From assembly GCA_947643225.1 (NCBI GenBank), contig CANRVH010000001.1:6868-70867 (forward strand): a stretch of 64,000 nt of DNA. Direction: 5' to 3'. The notes beneath the pieces were generated by a model that did no database searches, was not told the DNA's origin, and saw only the letters and a program-made list of their open reading frames with translations. Shown here one piece after another: positions 21,287-30,699 of the stretch. The translations under genes and the position numbers were made by a program. Source of the stretch: an uncultured Clostridia bacterium (lineage in GTDB: Bacteria > Bacillota_I > Bacilli_A > RF39 > UBA660). Positions within the stretch are counted from its first letter, which is position 1. Every line of letters starts with the position of its first letter.

Positions 21287-22709
21287 CTATATTCCCACTA
21301 TTGGAATAGAAGTACACGTTGAATTAAAAACCAGGAGTAAAATATTTTCAAACTCAAAAAATGGTTATGGAATGGGAGCAAATACACTAACTAATGTCAT
21401 CGATTTAGGTTACCCAGGAACTCTTCCAACCGTAAATGAAGAAGTTATTAATATTGCAATTAAAGCAGCAACAGTTTTGCACTGTAAAATAAGAAAAATG
21501 ATGAATTTTGACCGTAAAAATTACTTTTATCCAGATAACTCTAAAAACTATCAAATTACTCAAAATAGAACCCCCATAGGTTATGATGGATATATTGAAA
21601 TAGATATAGATGGAAAAAAGAAAAAAATAGAAATAGAAGAAATGCATATTGAGGAAGATACCTGTAAAAGTGCCCATAGAAAAGACGTCACTCTTCTAGA
21701 TTTTAATCGTGCAGGAGTACCATTAATTGAAATCGTGACTAAACCTTGTATTTCATCAGGCGAAGAAGCCAAATTATATCTGGAAAAATTAAGAGAAACA
21801 CTCTTATATGCTGATATTTCTGATTGTAAAATAGAAGAAGGCTCTATGAGATGTGATGCCAATGTTTCAATCAGAAAAGAAGAAAAAGATCCATTTGGAA
21901 CAAAGGCTGAAATTAAAAATATTGGTTCAATTAGCAATGTAAAACTAAGTATTGAAAAAGAAATTATTCGCCAACAAAAATTATATGATAATCATGAAAC
22001 CTTTAAACCCCAAACAAGAAGATTTGACTCAAAACTGAATGATACCGTTTTAATGCGTGTAAAAGAAACAGGAAATGATTACCGTTACTTTCCAGAACCA
22101 GATATTCCATATCTTTATTTAACAGATGAACAAATTTTCCAAGCAAGAAAAACTATTCCCATGACTCCAGATGAAAGAAGAGAATTGTATGACAAAAGGA
22201 ATATGTCAGAAGTAAATAGAGAAAAGATAATCGCTCATCGCGAACTTAGTGATTTTTTAAATAAATTAGTAGAAACTAATCTTGATTTTCAAATTGCCTC
22301 TAATCTTCTTCTAGGTGATATTTCATCATACTTAAATAAAAAAAATAAAACATTAAAAGAGACAAAACTAACTCAAGAAAAATTCACAGATCTTGTGGAA
22401 AAAGTTATAGATAGAACATTAACAAGTAAAAATATTAAAGATTTATTAACAGATATCTTAGAAAAAGATCAATCAATTAGTGAATTAATCAAAGAAAAAA
22501 ATATCTCTAATATTACAGATGATAGCATTTTAAAAGAAATTATCCACAAAGTTTTAGAAAATAATGAAGAAAGTATAAAAGATTACTTATCTGGCCATGA
22601 TAGAGCATTAAAATATTTAATGGGGCAAGTAATGAAAGAAACAAAAGGAAGTGCCGATCCACTTTTAGCAAGTAATCTTTTAAAAGAAGAGCTAGAATCA
22701 AAAAAATAA
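21279..22709 (+). CDS. gatB: Asp/Glu-tRNA amidotransferase subunit B
   Basis: Reads MSNYIPTIGIEVHVEL…DFNRAGVPLIEIVT…, with a C-terminal YqeY-like domain. The ATG overlaps the gatA stop. The ORF track starts at GTG 21270. Confidence 0.92.
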   Translation: MSNYIPTIGIEVHVELKTRSKIFSNSKNGYGMGANTLTNVIDLGYPGTLPTVNEEVINIAIKAATVLHCKIRKMMNFDRKNYFYPDNSKNYQITQNRTPIGYDGYIEIDIDGKKKKIEIEEMHIEEDTCKSAHRKDVTLLDFNRAGVPLIEIVTKPCISSGEEAKLYLEKLRETLLYADISDCKIEEGSMRCDANVSIRKEEKDPFGTKAEIKNIGSISNVKLSIEKEIIRQQKLYDNHETFKPQTRRFDSKLNDTVLMRVKETGNDYRYFPEPDIPYLYLTDEQIFQARKTIPMTPDERRELYDKRNMSEVNREKIIAHRELSDFLNKLVETNLDFQIASNLLLGDISSYLNKKNKTLKETKLTQEKFTDLVEKVIDRTLTSKNIKDLLTDILEKDQSISELIKEKNISNITDDSILKEIIHKVLENNEESIKDYLSGHDRALKYLMGQVMKETKGSADPLLASNLLKEELESKK

Positions 22710-22763
22710 ATTTGATAAACAAAATCACATAGTGTATAATAAATATACTAGGGAGCTGATAAA

Positions 22764-23216
22764 ATGAAAAAGAAATTAAATGAACACAAGATTATGATAA
22801 TCATAATAGTTACTTTAGTTGTGCTTTCTATAATTTTAGTAAAATTACTAGATAATTATAGTAATGAAAAAGGAGCAATCTATGGAAATCGCCTAGAGGG
22901 AATAGAAAATGTAGAAATAGCTTCTAATATAAAGAAAGAGCTAATAAATAATATAGAATCAACAGGAAAAACACAAAAAGTATCAATAGATGTTCAAGGA
23001 AAAATTCTGAATTCTGAAATAATAGTAAATGATGATACTACAAGAGATGATGCTAAAACACTAGCAGATAAAATTATCGAAAAACTAACAGAGGAACAAA
23101 AAAAATTCTATGATGTTCAAGTATTTATCAAAAAAAATACAGATGACCAAACTTTTCCAATCATTGGATATCGCCATCATAATAGAGAAACATTTACTTG
23201 GACATTAGATAGATAA
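22764..23216 (+). CDS. small N-terminally anchored hypothetical protein
   Basis: 150 aa with a TM or signal anchor. Confidence 0.4.
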   Translation: MKKKLNEHKIMIIIIVTLVVLSIILVKLLDNYSNEKGAIYGNRLEGIENVEIASNIKKELINNIESTGKTQKVSIDVQGKILNSEIIVNDDTTRDDAKTLADKIIEKLTEEQKKFYDVQVFIKKNTDDQTFPIIGYRHHNRETFTWTLDR

Positions 23217-23226
23217 AGGAGTAAAT

Positions 23227-25269
23227 ATGAAAAAGAAACTGATCATCATTATCCCCGTTATAATAGCCATAACAACCTTTTTTATTGTTTATCGCTATTA
23301 TAACAAAGAAGATAAAACGACAGCTTTAACTGTAGTAGAAAAAAGATGGATAGAGGAAAATAAAGACAAAGTAGTAGATTTTGAAATTATTAATGACTAT
23401 CCTCTATATGGAATGAATGGAGAAGGAGTTTTCTTTAATTTTACTGAAGATTTTGAAAAAAACATCAATCTAGAGTTTAATAAGATTCCATATTTAAAAG
23501 ATTCAACTCCAACAACGAACAGTTATAGAATACGTATTTTAAATAATAAAGACGAATTAACAAAAAAAGACTTACCCCTATTTACAGATAGCTATATTGC
23601 TATTGGTAAAACATATCAAAGACTAAACTACATCAAAGATATGAAAAATTTAACCTTTGGAGTTTTTAAGAATGATTCAGAAGAAGTTAGTTATTACCTA
23701 AAATCAGGAAGTAATCTATCTTTTAAAAACTATAATACAATAGATGAATTATATACTGCTTTAGATAATAATGAAGTAAATATGATTATTGTTCCTAATA
23801 TTATGTATTTAGACAAAACAATAAATTCCAAATACTCTATTAATTATTATTTTCCAGAAATGACAAAAAAAATAGTTTTAACATTAAGTGATAGTAATGA
23901 AGAGTTAAATAGAATCGTGAAAAAATATTATACAAAATGGAAAAAAACAAAGTATGTAAAAGAATATAATCAATCATACTTAAATTATTATTTAGAAAAG
24001 AATAATATCTCTGCTAAAGCTAAAGCCTCTCTAATGTCAAAAAATTATATCTATGGATATGTAAAAAATGCTCCATATGAGACAAAAGTAAACCATAAAA
24101 TAAAAGGAATAGCTGGAGAATACATTGATCGAATTGCTCGACTTACAAATATTGAATTTAATTATAAGGAATACCCAAGTAAAAAGGAGTTAAAAAAAGC
24201 GATTAAAGAAGGAGAAGTAGATATCTACTTTGATTATTATAATTATTACGATGATAAATATCTAGCAACATTATCAACCTTTGTAGAAGAATATGTTGTC
24301 CTAGGCAAGCAAGAAGATAACCATATCATCAACTCATTTGAAAGCCTTAAAGGGGAAAACATAGTAATGTTAGAAGATGATTCTTTATATAACTATTTTG
24401 AAAATAATTCTCGCAGTAATATCACAAAAGTAAAGAATATAGAAGATTTATTGAAGAAAACTGAAGATAATGACAAAGTAATTGTAGTAGATAGAGAAAT
24501 ATATAATTATTACAAAAAAAACTTTAAAAAATATGATTTATTATACATGGATACCATGATGAATGACTATAAATTCATGATTAAAGAAAATAATAAAGCC
24601 TTTTATAATCTATTTAACTATATTATAAACACCAATTCATATTATAACTATCGTAATAGTGGTTTAGAGTCTCTTCAAGCATCAATTTTAGAAGATGCAA
24701 CATTTGAAAAAATATATGTATTTGTTCTAATTATTATATTTTTACCAATTATAGTAATAATAATAGTATATTTATATTTAAAATATAAAAAGAAAAGAAA
24801 AAAAGTAATCAAAATAGATCGCCATAAATATACGGATATGTTAACATCTTTAAAAAATAGAAACTACTTAAATACAAAAATGCCCGAATGGGGAGAATGT
24901 AAGGTATACCCACAAGCAATAGTTATGGTTGATTTAAATAATGTCAAGTATGTTAATGATAATCATGGACATGAAGCAGGAGATAAATTAATTATTAAAG
25001 CGGCTTCAACACTAGTAAATACCCAATTAGAAAATAGTGAAATTATTCGTACAGATGGAAATGAATTTCTAATATACCTAGTTGGTTATAGTCAAAAACA
25101 GGTAGATACATATACTAAAAAATTATTTAAAGAAATGAAAGAATTACCATATGATTTTGGAGCAGGGGTAGGGTATAGTATGATAGATGATGATATAAAA
25201 ACTTTAGATGATGCTATTAATGAAGCCACTCTAGATATGATTGCATCAAAAGAAGAACTAAAAAAATAA
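23227..25269 (+). CDS. membrane receptor with a large extracytoplasmic domain and a C-terminal degenerate GGDEF domain
   Basis: N-terminal TM helix, an extracellular region of about 460 aa, a second TM (IYVFVLIIIFLPIIVIIIVYLYL), then a GGDEF fold (…VMVDLNNVKYVNDNHGHEAGDKLI…). The signature reads RTDGNEF instead of RxGGDEF. Confidence 0.65.
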   Translation: MKKKLIIIIPVIIAITTFFIVYRYYNKEDKTTALTVVEKRWIEENKDKVVDFEIINDYPLYGMNGEGVFFNFTEDFEKNINLEFNKIPYLKDSTPTTNSYRIRILNNKDELTKKDLPLFTDSYIAIGKTYQRLNYIKDMKNLTFGVFKNDSEEVSYYLKSGSNLSFKNYNTIDELYTALDNNEVNMIIVPNIMYLDKTINSKYSINYYFPEMTKKIVLTLSDSNEELNRIVKKYYTKWKKTKYVKEYNQSYLNYYLEKNNISAKAKASLMSKNYIYGYVKNAPYETKVNHKIKGIAGEYIDRIARLTNIEFNYKEYPSKKELKKAIKEGEVDIYFDYYNYYDDKYLATLSTFVEEYVVLGKQEDNHIINSFESLKGENIVMLEDDSLYNYFENNSRSNITKVKNIEDLLKKTEDNDKVIVVDREIYNYYKKNFKKYDLLYMDTMMNDYKFMIKENNKAFYNLFNYIINTNSYYNYRNSGLESLQASILEDATFEKIYVFVLIIIFLPIIVIIIVYLYLKYKKKRKKVIKIDRHKYTDMLTSLKNRNYLNTKMPEWGECKVYPQAIVMVDLNNVKYVNDNHGHEAGDKLIIKAASTLVNTQLENSEIIRTDGNEFLIYLVGYSQKQVDTYTKKLFKEMKELPYDFGAGVGYSMIDDDIKTLDDAINEATLDMIASKEELKK

Positions 25270-25282
25270 AGGTGTGATATAA

Positions 25283-26092
25283 ATGGAGCAAGTAAGGGAT
25301 TTCTTAAAAAGAGCAATTAATATTATTAATAGACCTTATATGAGAATATTACCTGGGCAACTTGCTTTTTTTTGCATTATGTCCTTAATTCCGATTATTG
25401 CTCTATTAGGTTCATTAGCCAGTTACTTTTCTATTTCTCTAGATTCAATAAAGGAAATAACATCTAATATTTTACCAATAGACTTATCAATGTTGTTTCC
25501 ATCCTCTACACTATCTGGTCAGGGACTAAACTTTAACATCATCGTTTTCTTTGTAACAGCATTTATTCTAGCCTCAAATGGAATGCATTCAGTAATTATT
25601 ACATCCAATGAAATATATAATGATCAAAGTAGAAGTGTAATAGAAAGAAGAATAAAGGCAATTGCAATGACCATTGTATTAGTAGGACTACTATTTTTTT
25701 TACTAGCAATTATGGTTTTTAGTGATTTATTTTTTGAAATATTAAAAGAATATGCCACTAACAAAAAGGCAGTAGATACTTTTTATATCGTTTATAATTA
25801 CTTAAAAGTACCAATATCTTTAATACTAATTTATTTTAATGTTAAACAACTATATTTAATGGCACCAGATAACAAGGTATCTACAAAATCAATAAAATAT
25901 TCTTCAATATTTACAACTTCTGTTTGGATAATAGGAACTCAAATATACTCAATATATGTAAAATTTTTTTCAAACTATAACCTTTTTTATGGAAGTATAT
26001 CCAATATGATTATTTTGATGGTCTGGGTTTATTTTTTAGCCTATATTTTTGTCTTAGGAATGGCCCTAAGTGCAAGTAATAATCAAAATTAA
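25283..26092 (+). CDS. YihY/BrkB (virulence factor BrkB/RNase BN-like) family membrane protein
   Basis: The N-terminus YMRILPGQLAFFCIMSLIPII and six TM helices are typical of the YihY family. Confidence 0.6.
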   Translation: MEQVRDFLKRAINIINRPYMRILPGQLAFFCIMSLIPIIALLGSLASYFSISLDSIKEITSNILPIDLSMLFPSSTLSGQGLNFNIIVFFVTAFILASNGMHSVIITSNEIYNDQSRSVIERRIKAIAMTIVLVGLLFFLLAIMVFSDLFFEILKEYATNKKAVDTFYIVYNYLKVPISLILIYFNVKQLYLMAPDNKVSTKSIKYSSIFTTSVWIIGTQIYSIYVKFFSNYNLFYGSISNMIILMVWVYFLAYIFVLGMALSASNNQN

Positions 26093-26233
26093 TTAATGAC
26101 AAAATTTAATGAAAAATTATTGTTTTTTGTCTGATACTTTGGAACAAATAATAAACAAAAAGTTGACTTATCTTTAATAGAAATGTTGAACTTTGTCTAA
26201 ATATTAAGTATAATGAGATTAAGGTGATATAAG

Positions 26234-27769
26234 ATGAGAAAATATTTAAACATTATATCTATAATAATAGTTCTTGGCCTAATATACCCATTAAATATTT
26301 TTGCAGAAATAAAGATTGTAGATGATATATATAGTGAAACAATTCCTAGAGAATATGCCTTTACACCTAAGTTTATTGAAAATATAACAACAATGGAGGG
26401 ATCGGAGAGTTATAAAAAAATATGTCCTAATATTAATTGTTGGATAAGTGCTAGAAGAAAAAGCGATGGAAGTTTTGATGATTATTGGGCAATGTATAAA
26501 AATGTGGGAGTATGGAAAAGAAAAATTGTTGATATGAAAATCACTTTAGTCGATGTTGTTGATACTAATCCATCATCAAAATGTGCATACCATCTTAAAG
26601 AATTAGGAGAGGATATAGCTGATGATGATTATATTCGATTCCATATAATGCCAAAACAACTTGGCATAGAAGTGTTTACCGATTGTAGAAGCGAAGGAAC
26701 TACAGGTATTTTTAAAATAGAATTTTTTGATAACAATACAGGAGAAGAGCTTAAAGATTTAAAGAGTGTATTAAATTATGCTGACATTGATGGAGACGAA
26801 AGAATTTTATTGGATAATAACAGAGTAAAAGAAATGATTTATTATAAAACAGCCGAACAACATTTTCAACCAATAGAATTTAGTAATGATTATACTGTTC
26901 TAAGTGGAACAGAAAGATGGACTTGTACATTGCCAAGTGGAATGACAAAGGATGTCGAATGTATTAAATGTATTAATGGAAAATGTGAAAGAAATGCCCG
27001 AGAAAATACTTGTTTAGATCAAGATGGTAAAAATGGAAATAATGATAATTGCGGTGATTGCAATAAATCAGGTATGGTTACTACATTAAACGAAGGATCA
27101 TTTTTAGTAGGATGGGGAGGCTGGTATGTTGGTTTTTCTGCTGCTAGTCTTTTAAGAATCGAAGATCCAATTCCAATTAAAGAAGTCGATAAAGAAAAAG
27201 TAAAAGCCAAAGATGAAGAAGAAATTAATTATACAATAGAACAATACGTCCCAAACCAATCAACTGAACATTATTATAAATCATGGGTGCTTATTGATGA
27301 ACTAGAAAGTATATTAGAAACAAGCATTGATAATATTAAAATTAGAACCAATGGTAATGAAGATGTTACAGATAAATTTAATATCATACTAGAGAATAAT
27401 ACTTTAACAATTTCTGCTAAACAAGACTATGTATCATCAGATGAATTTTATAATTATGCAACTCAAGATGAATTCTATAATAGAACATTTTATATAGACA
27501 TTAAAGCAAAAGTCAGCAAAGATACAAAAGGACTAAAAGAAATTAAAAATCATACAGTATTGAGAATAGAATATAGTGATGGTACTCCAACAAAAGATAT
27601 TCTATCTAATGAGGTTACGACCATGATAGAAGAAGAAAAAATAGAAGAAATTATAGAAGTACCTAATACTGCTAAATTTATTGGTAAGATTGTTTTTATA
27701 GTTGGAAGTTTACTTATAATTAGTGGAATATTAATTATTATTAAAGTAAAAAAGAATCGACTTAATTAA
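26234..27769 (+). CDS. secreted Cys-rich surface protein with a C-terminal sorting-signal-like anchor (VPNTA + TM + KKNR)
   Basis: Signal peptide present. Cys cluster CTLPSGMTKDVECIKCINGKCER…CGDCNKSG. The C-terminus EVPNTAKFIGKIVFIVGSLLIISGILIIIKVKKNRLN parallels the VPDTN signal of the TED adhesin. Confidence 0.5.
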   Translation: MRKYLNIISIIIVLGLIYPLNIFAEIKIVDDIYSETIPREYAFTPKFIENITTMEGSESYKKICPNINCWISARRKSDGSFDDYWAMYKNVGVWKRKIVDMKITLVDVVDTNPSSKCAYHLKELGEDIADDDYIRFHIMPKQLGIEVFTDCRSEGTTGIFKIEFFDNNTGEELKDLKSVLNYADIDGDERILLDNNRVKEMIYYKTAEQHFQPIEFSNDYTVLSGTERWTCTLPSGMTKDVECIKCINGKCERNARENTCLDQDGKNGNNDNCGDCNKSGMVTTLNEGSFLVGWGGWYVGFSAASLLRIEDPIPIKEVDKEKVKAKDEEEINYTIEQYVPNQSTEHYYKSWVLIDELESILETSIDNIKIRTNGNEDVTDKFNIILENNTLTISAKQDYVSSDEFYNYATQDEFYNRTFYIDIKAKVSKDTKGLKEIKNHTVLRIEYSDGTPTKDILSNEVTTMIEEEKIEEIIEVPNTAKFIGKIVFIVGSLLIISGILIIIKVKKNRLN

Positions 27770-27796
27770 GAAAAATTAAAAATTTAAATACACTTC

Positions 27797-27832
27797 AATA
27801 AAACAAGAGTATGCAAAACTCTTGTTTTTTCT
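27797..27832 (+). terminator. rho-independent terminator
   Basis: AACAAGAGTATGCAAAACTCTTGTTTTTTCTTT. Confidence 0.7.
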
Positions 27833-27919
27833 TTAATATAGTTAAATAAATCGATTTTAAATGACAAATAAAATATATAAATCAAATTTTAGTCACCTTG
27901 TTCTATGCCATTAACCATT

Positions 27920-27948
27920 GAAAACAAATTAGATAGATGCTATAATAT
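27920..27948 (+). promoter_or_regulatory. promoter TTGAAA-N17-TATAAT upstream of ltaS
   Basis: Read directly: ttgaaaacaaattagatagatgctataat. Confidence 0.45.
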
Positions 27949-27968
27949 AATAAGCGAGGTAATACTAT

Positions 27969-30059
27969 ATGAAGAAAAAATTACAAAAACTCTGTAAGAA
28001 TACCAAAAGATATATAAAAAAAGTAAGAGAAGAACATTTAATAAAACAGTACATCAAGGAAAACCCTCTATTCATTACCTACATCTTAATCAATGTTTTA
28101 AATTCAACATTATTAAGATTTTTTACGATTAATACTGTTCAAAACTATTTATCAATAAAACCAATTATTGCCGATTTATCAGTAATAATTATAACTGGAT
28201 CATTAGGATTTTTATTTAAATTAAAAGGTAGATTTCGTTATTGGTTAACATTTACAATCATTTTTACAGCAACATGTATGGTCAATTCAGTCTACTACAC
28301 ATTTTATACATCATATGCTAGTTTTTCTATGTTAAGTCTTACCCAATTTTTAGGGCCAGTAGGAGATGCTGTTGTTCAAAATGTTGTTCAATTAAAAGAC
28401 TTAGCTTACTTATGTGCACCAACTATATTCTTATTTGTTAACCATAAAATGAAGAAGAAAGGATATTATAAAAAAATTGAATTAAAACAAAATAGAAAAC
28501 AAAGTGCACTAAAAAGTTTAATTTTAGGTGTAATTTTAGCAGTAGGTTTTATCATTAGTCTAACATCCTTAGAAATAGGGCGCTTTAATAAACAATGGAA
28601 TAAGGAATACATTGTTATGCGTTTTGGAATATACATTTATCAAATTAATGATGGAATTACAAGTCTTAAACCAAAAATAAATTCTATGTTTGGAATTTCT
28701 AAAGCAATAAAAGATTTTAATAATTACTATGAGGAAAGAGAAAAAAATGATACTTATGCTAGTGGTACAAATGAGTACACAGACACTTTAAAAGGAAAAA
28801 ATATTTTAGTTATTCATGCAGAAAGCTTGCAAACAATCGCTATGAATACTAAATTTAATGATCAAGAAGTAACGCCAAATTTAAATAAACTAGCAAGTGA
28901 AGGACTATACTTTTCTAACTATTACTCACAAGTTAGTGTAGGAACAAGTAGTGATGCAGAGCTAACCTTTACAACTAGCTTAATGCCAACACAAAGTGGA
29001 ACAGCATTTGTATCTTACTTTAATAGAAAATATATAAGCCTACCAAAAATTATGCAAGATAATGGCTATTATACATTTAGTATGCATGGAAATAATGCAG
29101 ATTTCTGGAATAGAAGAGTAATGCATGAAAATTTAGGATATCAAAAATTCTATAGTAAAAAAGATTACAAAGTAACAACTGAGAATACAATAGGATTAGG
29201 AATTAGTGATAAAGAATTTTTCAAACAATCTGTTGCTAAAATAGAAAAAATTGCATCTAAAAATGAAAAATATTATGGGCAAATAATTACCTTAACTAAT
29301 CATACCCCATTTAATGAAGTAGAAAAATATGGAGAATTTGACGTTGATATTAAAGAAAATATAACAAACGAAGATGGTAGTATAAGTGAAGTAACATATC
29401 CATATATGGAAGGAACAAAATTAGGCAACTATTTTAAATCTGTCCACTATGCTGATAGTGCCATAGGAGAGTTTATCAACGAACTAGATCAAAAAGGATT
29501 ACTAGAAAATACCGCGATTGTAATTTATGGTGACCATGATGCTAGACTTCCAGAAAAAGACTATAATCGCCTATTTAACTATGATAAAGAAACAGATTCA
29601 ATTAAAGATAAAGAGGATTCATCCTATGTGAAATTTGATAGTTATCAATATGAACTAAATAGAAAAGTTCCATTTATTATTTGGACCAAAGAAAAAAAAT
29701 ATAATAAAGAAGTTAGTAACGTCATGGGAATGTATGATGCCATGCCAACCCTTACCAATATGTTAGGAGTAGAAAGAAGTAAATATGCCCTTGGACACGA
29801 TATCTTTAATATCAAAGAAAATAATATCGTAGTTTTTCCAAATGGAAATTGGCTAACCAATAAAGTATATTATAATAGTCAGAAAAACGAATACCTTGCT
29901 CTTAACAGTAACGAAACAATAAGTAATACCTATATAGATGAAAATACTTCCTATACAACAAAATTGTTAGATGTATCTAATAACTTAATTGTATACGATT
30001 TAATAGCAAAAAAAGAAGAAGAAAATGACTTAGAAAAAAATCTGAAAGAAGGTTCCTAA
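27969..30059 (+). CDS. ltaS: lipoteichoic acid synthase family protein (LtaS-like sulfatase-fold polyglycerolphosphate transferase)
   Basis: Five N-terminal TM helices and an extracellular sulfatase/AlkP-like domain (LVIHAESLQ…, TNHTPF, YGDHD). At about 700 aa the length is typical. Confidence 0.8.
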   Translation: MKKKLQKLCKNTKRYIKKVREEHLIKQYIKENPLFITYILINVLNSTLLRFFTINTVQNYLSIKPIIADLSVIIITGSLGFLFKLKGRFRYWLTFTIIFTATCMVNSVYYTFYTSYASFSMLSLTQFLGPVGDAVVQNVVQLKDLAYLCAPTIFLFVNHKMKKKGYYKKIELKQNRKQSALKSLILGVILAVGFIISLTSLEIGRFNKQWNKEYIVMRFGIYIYQINDGITSLKPKINSMFGISKAIKDFNNYYEEREKNDTYASGTNEYTDTLKGKNILVIHAESLQTIAMNTKFNDQEVTPNLNKLASEGLYFSNYYSQVSVGTSSDAELTFTTSLMPTQSGTAFVSYFNRKYISLPKIMQDNGYYTFSMHGNNADFWNRRVMHENLGYQKFYSKKDYKVTTENTIGLGISDKEFFKQSVAKIEKIASKNEKYYGQIITLTNHTPFNEVEKYGEFDVDIKENITNEDGSISEVTYPYMEGTKLGNYFKSVHYADSAIGEFINELDQKGLLENTAIVIYGDHDARLPEKDYNRLFNYDKETDSIKDKEDSSYVKFDSYQYELNRKVPFIIWTKEKKYNKEVSNVMGMYDAMPTLTNMLGVERSKYALGHDIFNIKENNIVVFPNGNWLTNKVYYNSQKNEYLALNSNETISNTYIDENTSYTTKLLDVSNNLIVYDLIAKKEEENDLEKNLKEGS

Positions 30060-30060
30060 A

Positions 30061-30684
30061 ATGAAATTAAAAAAAAGTGTAAAAAGGTTTTTACTAGCAC
30101 TTCTAATTTTAATAGTAGGAGGACTAGCCGCAACTTATTTATTATTTTATGATCAAAAATCAACCAAAAAAGTAAAAGTTTTAACCAAAATTGAAGAGTA
30201 TGGTTATGAATTAAAAGATAATAAGAATAAAGAATATAGAAAATTATTTTATCAATTAGAAAAAATATTAAAAGAAAAAGAAGTCGATGAAGAAAAATAT
30301 GCAAAAATAATTTCTCAAATGTTTATTATTGATTTTTACTCTCTAAACGATAAATTAGCTAAAACCGATGTAGGAGGTTCAGATTTTGTATATAGTGGAG
30401 TATCAGTAGATTTTCTAGAAAAAGCCCAAGATACAATTTATAAATATGTAGAAAGTAATCTCTATGGGAATAGAACACAAAAATTACCAACAGTAAAGGA
30501 AGTAACAATAAAAAATATAGAGAAAGCCCCTTTTACTTATAAAGAAGAAGTCGATGAAAATGCATATAAAGTAGAAGTAGAATGGAATTATACAGATACA
30601 TCAACTAGTAATGGCTACCAAACAGAAGCTACTTTAATTTTTATTCATGATGGAAAAAAACTAACATTAGTAGAATTACAATAA
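30061..30684 (+). CDS. hypothetical membrane-anchored protein
   Basis: N-terminal TM helix. It starts immediately after the ltaS stop. Confidence 0.4.
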   Translation: MKLKKSVKRFLLALLILIVGGLAATYLLFYDQKSTKKVKVLTKIEEYGYELKDNKNKEYRKLFYQLEKILKEKEVDEEKYAKIISQMFIIDFYSLNDKLAKTDVGGSDFVYSGVSVDFLEKAQDTIYKYVESNLYGNRTQKLPTVKEVTIKNIEKAPFTYKEEVDENAYKVEVEWNYTDTSTSNGYQTEATLIFIHDGKKLTLVELQ

Positions 30685-30699
30685 TAGGAGGCAATTAAA

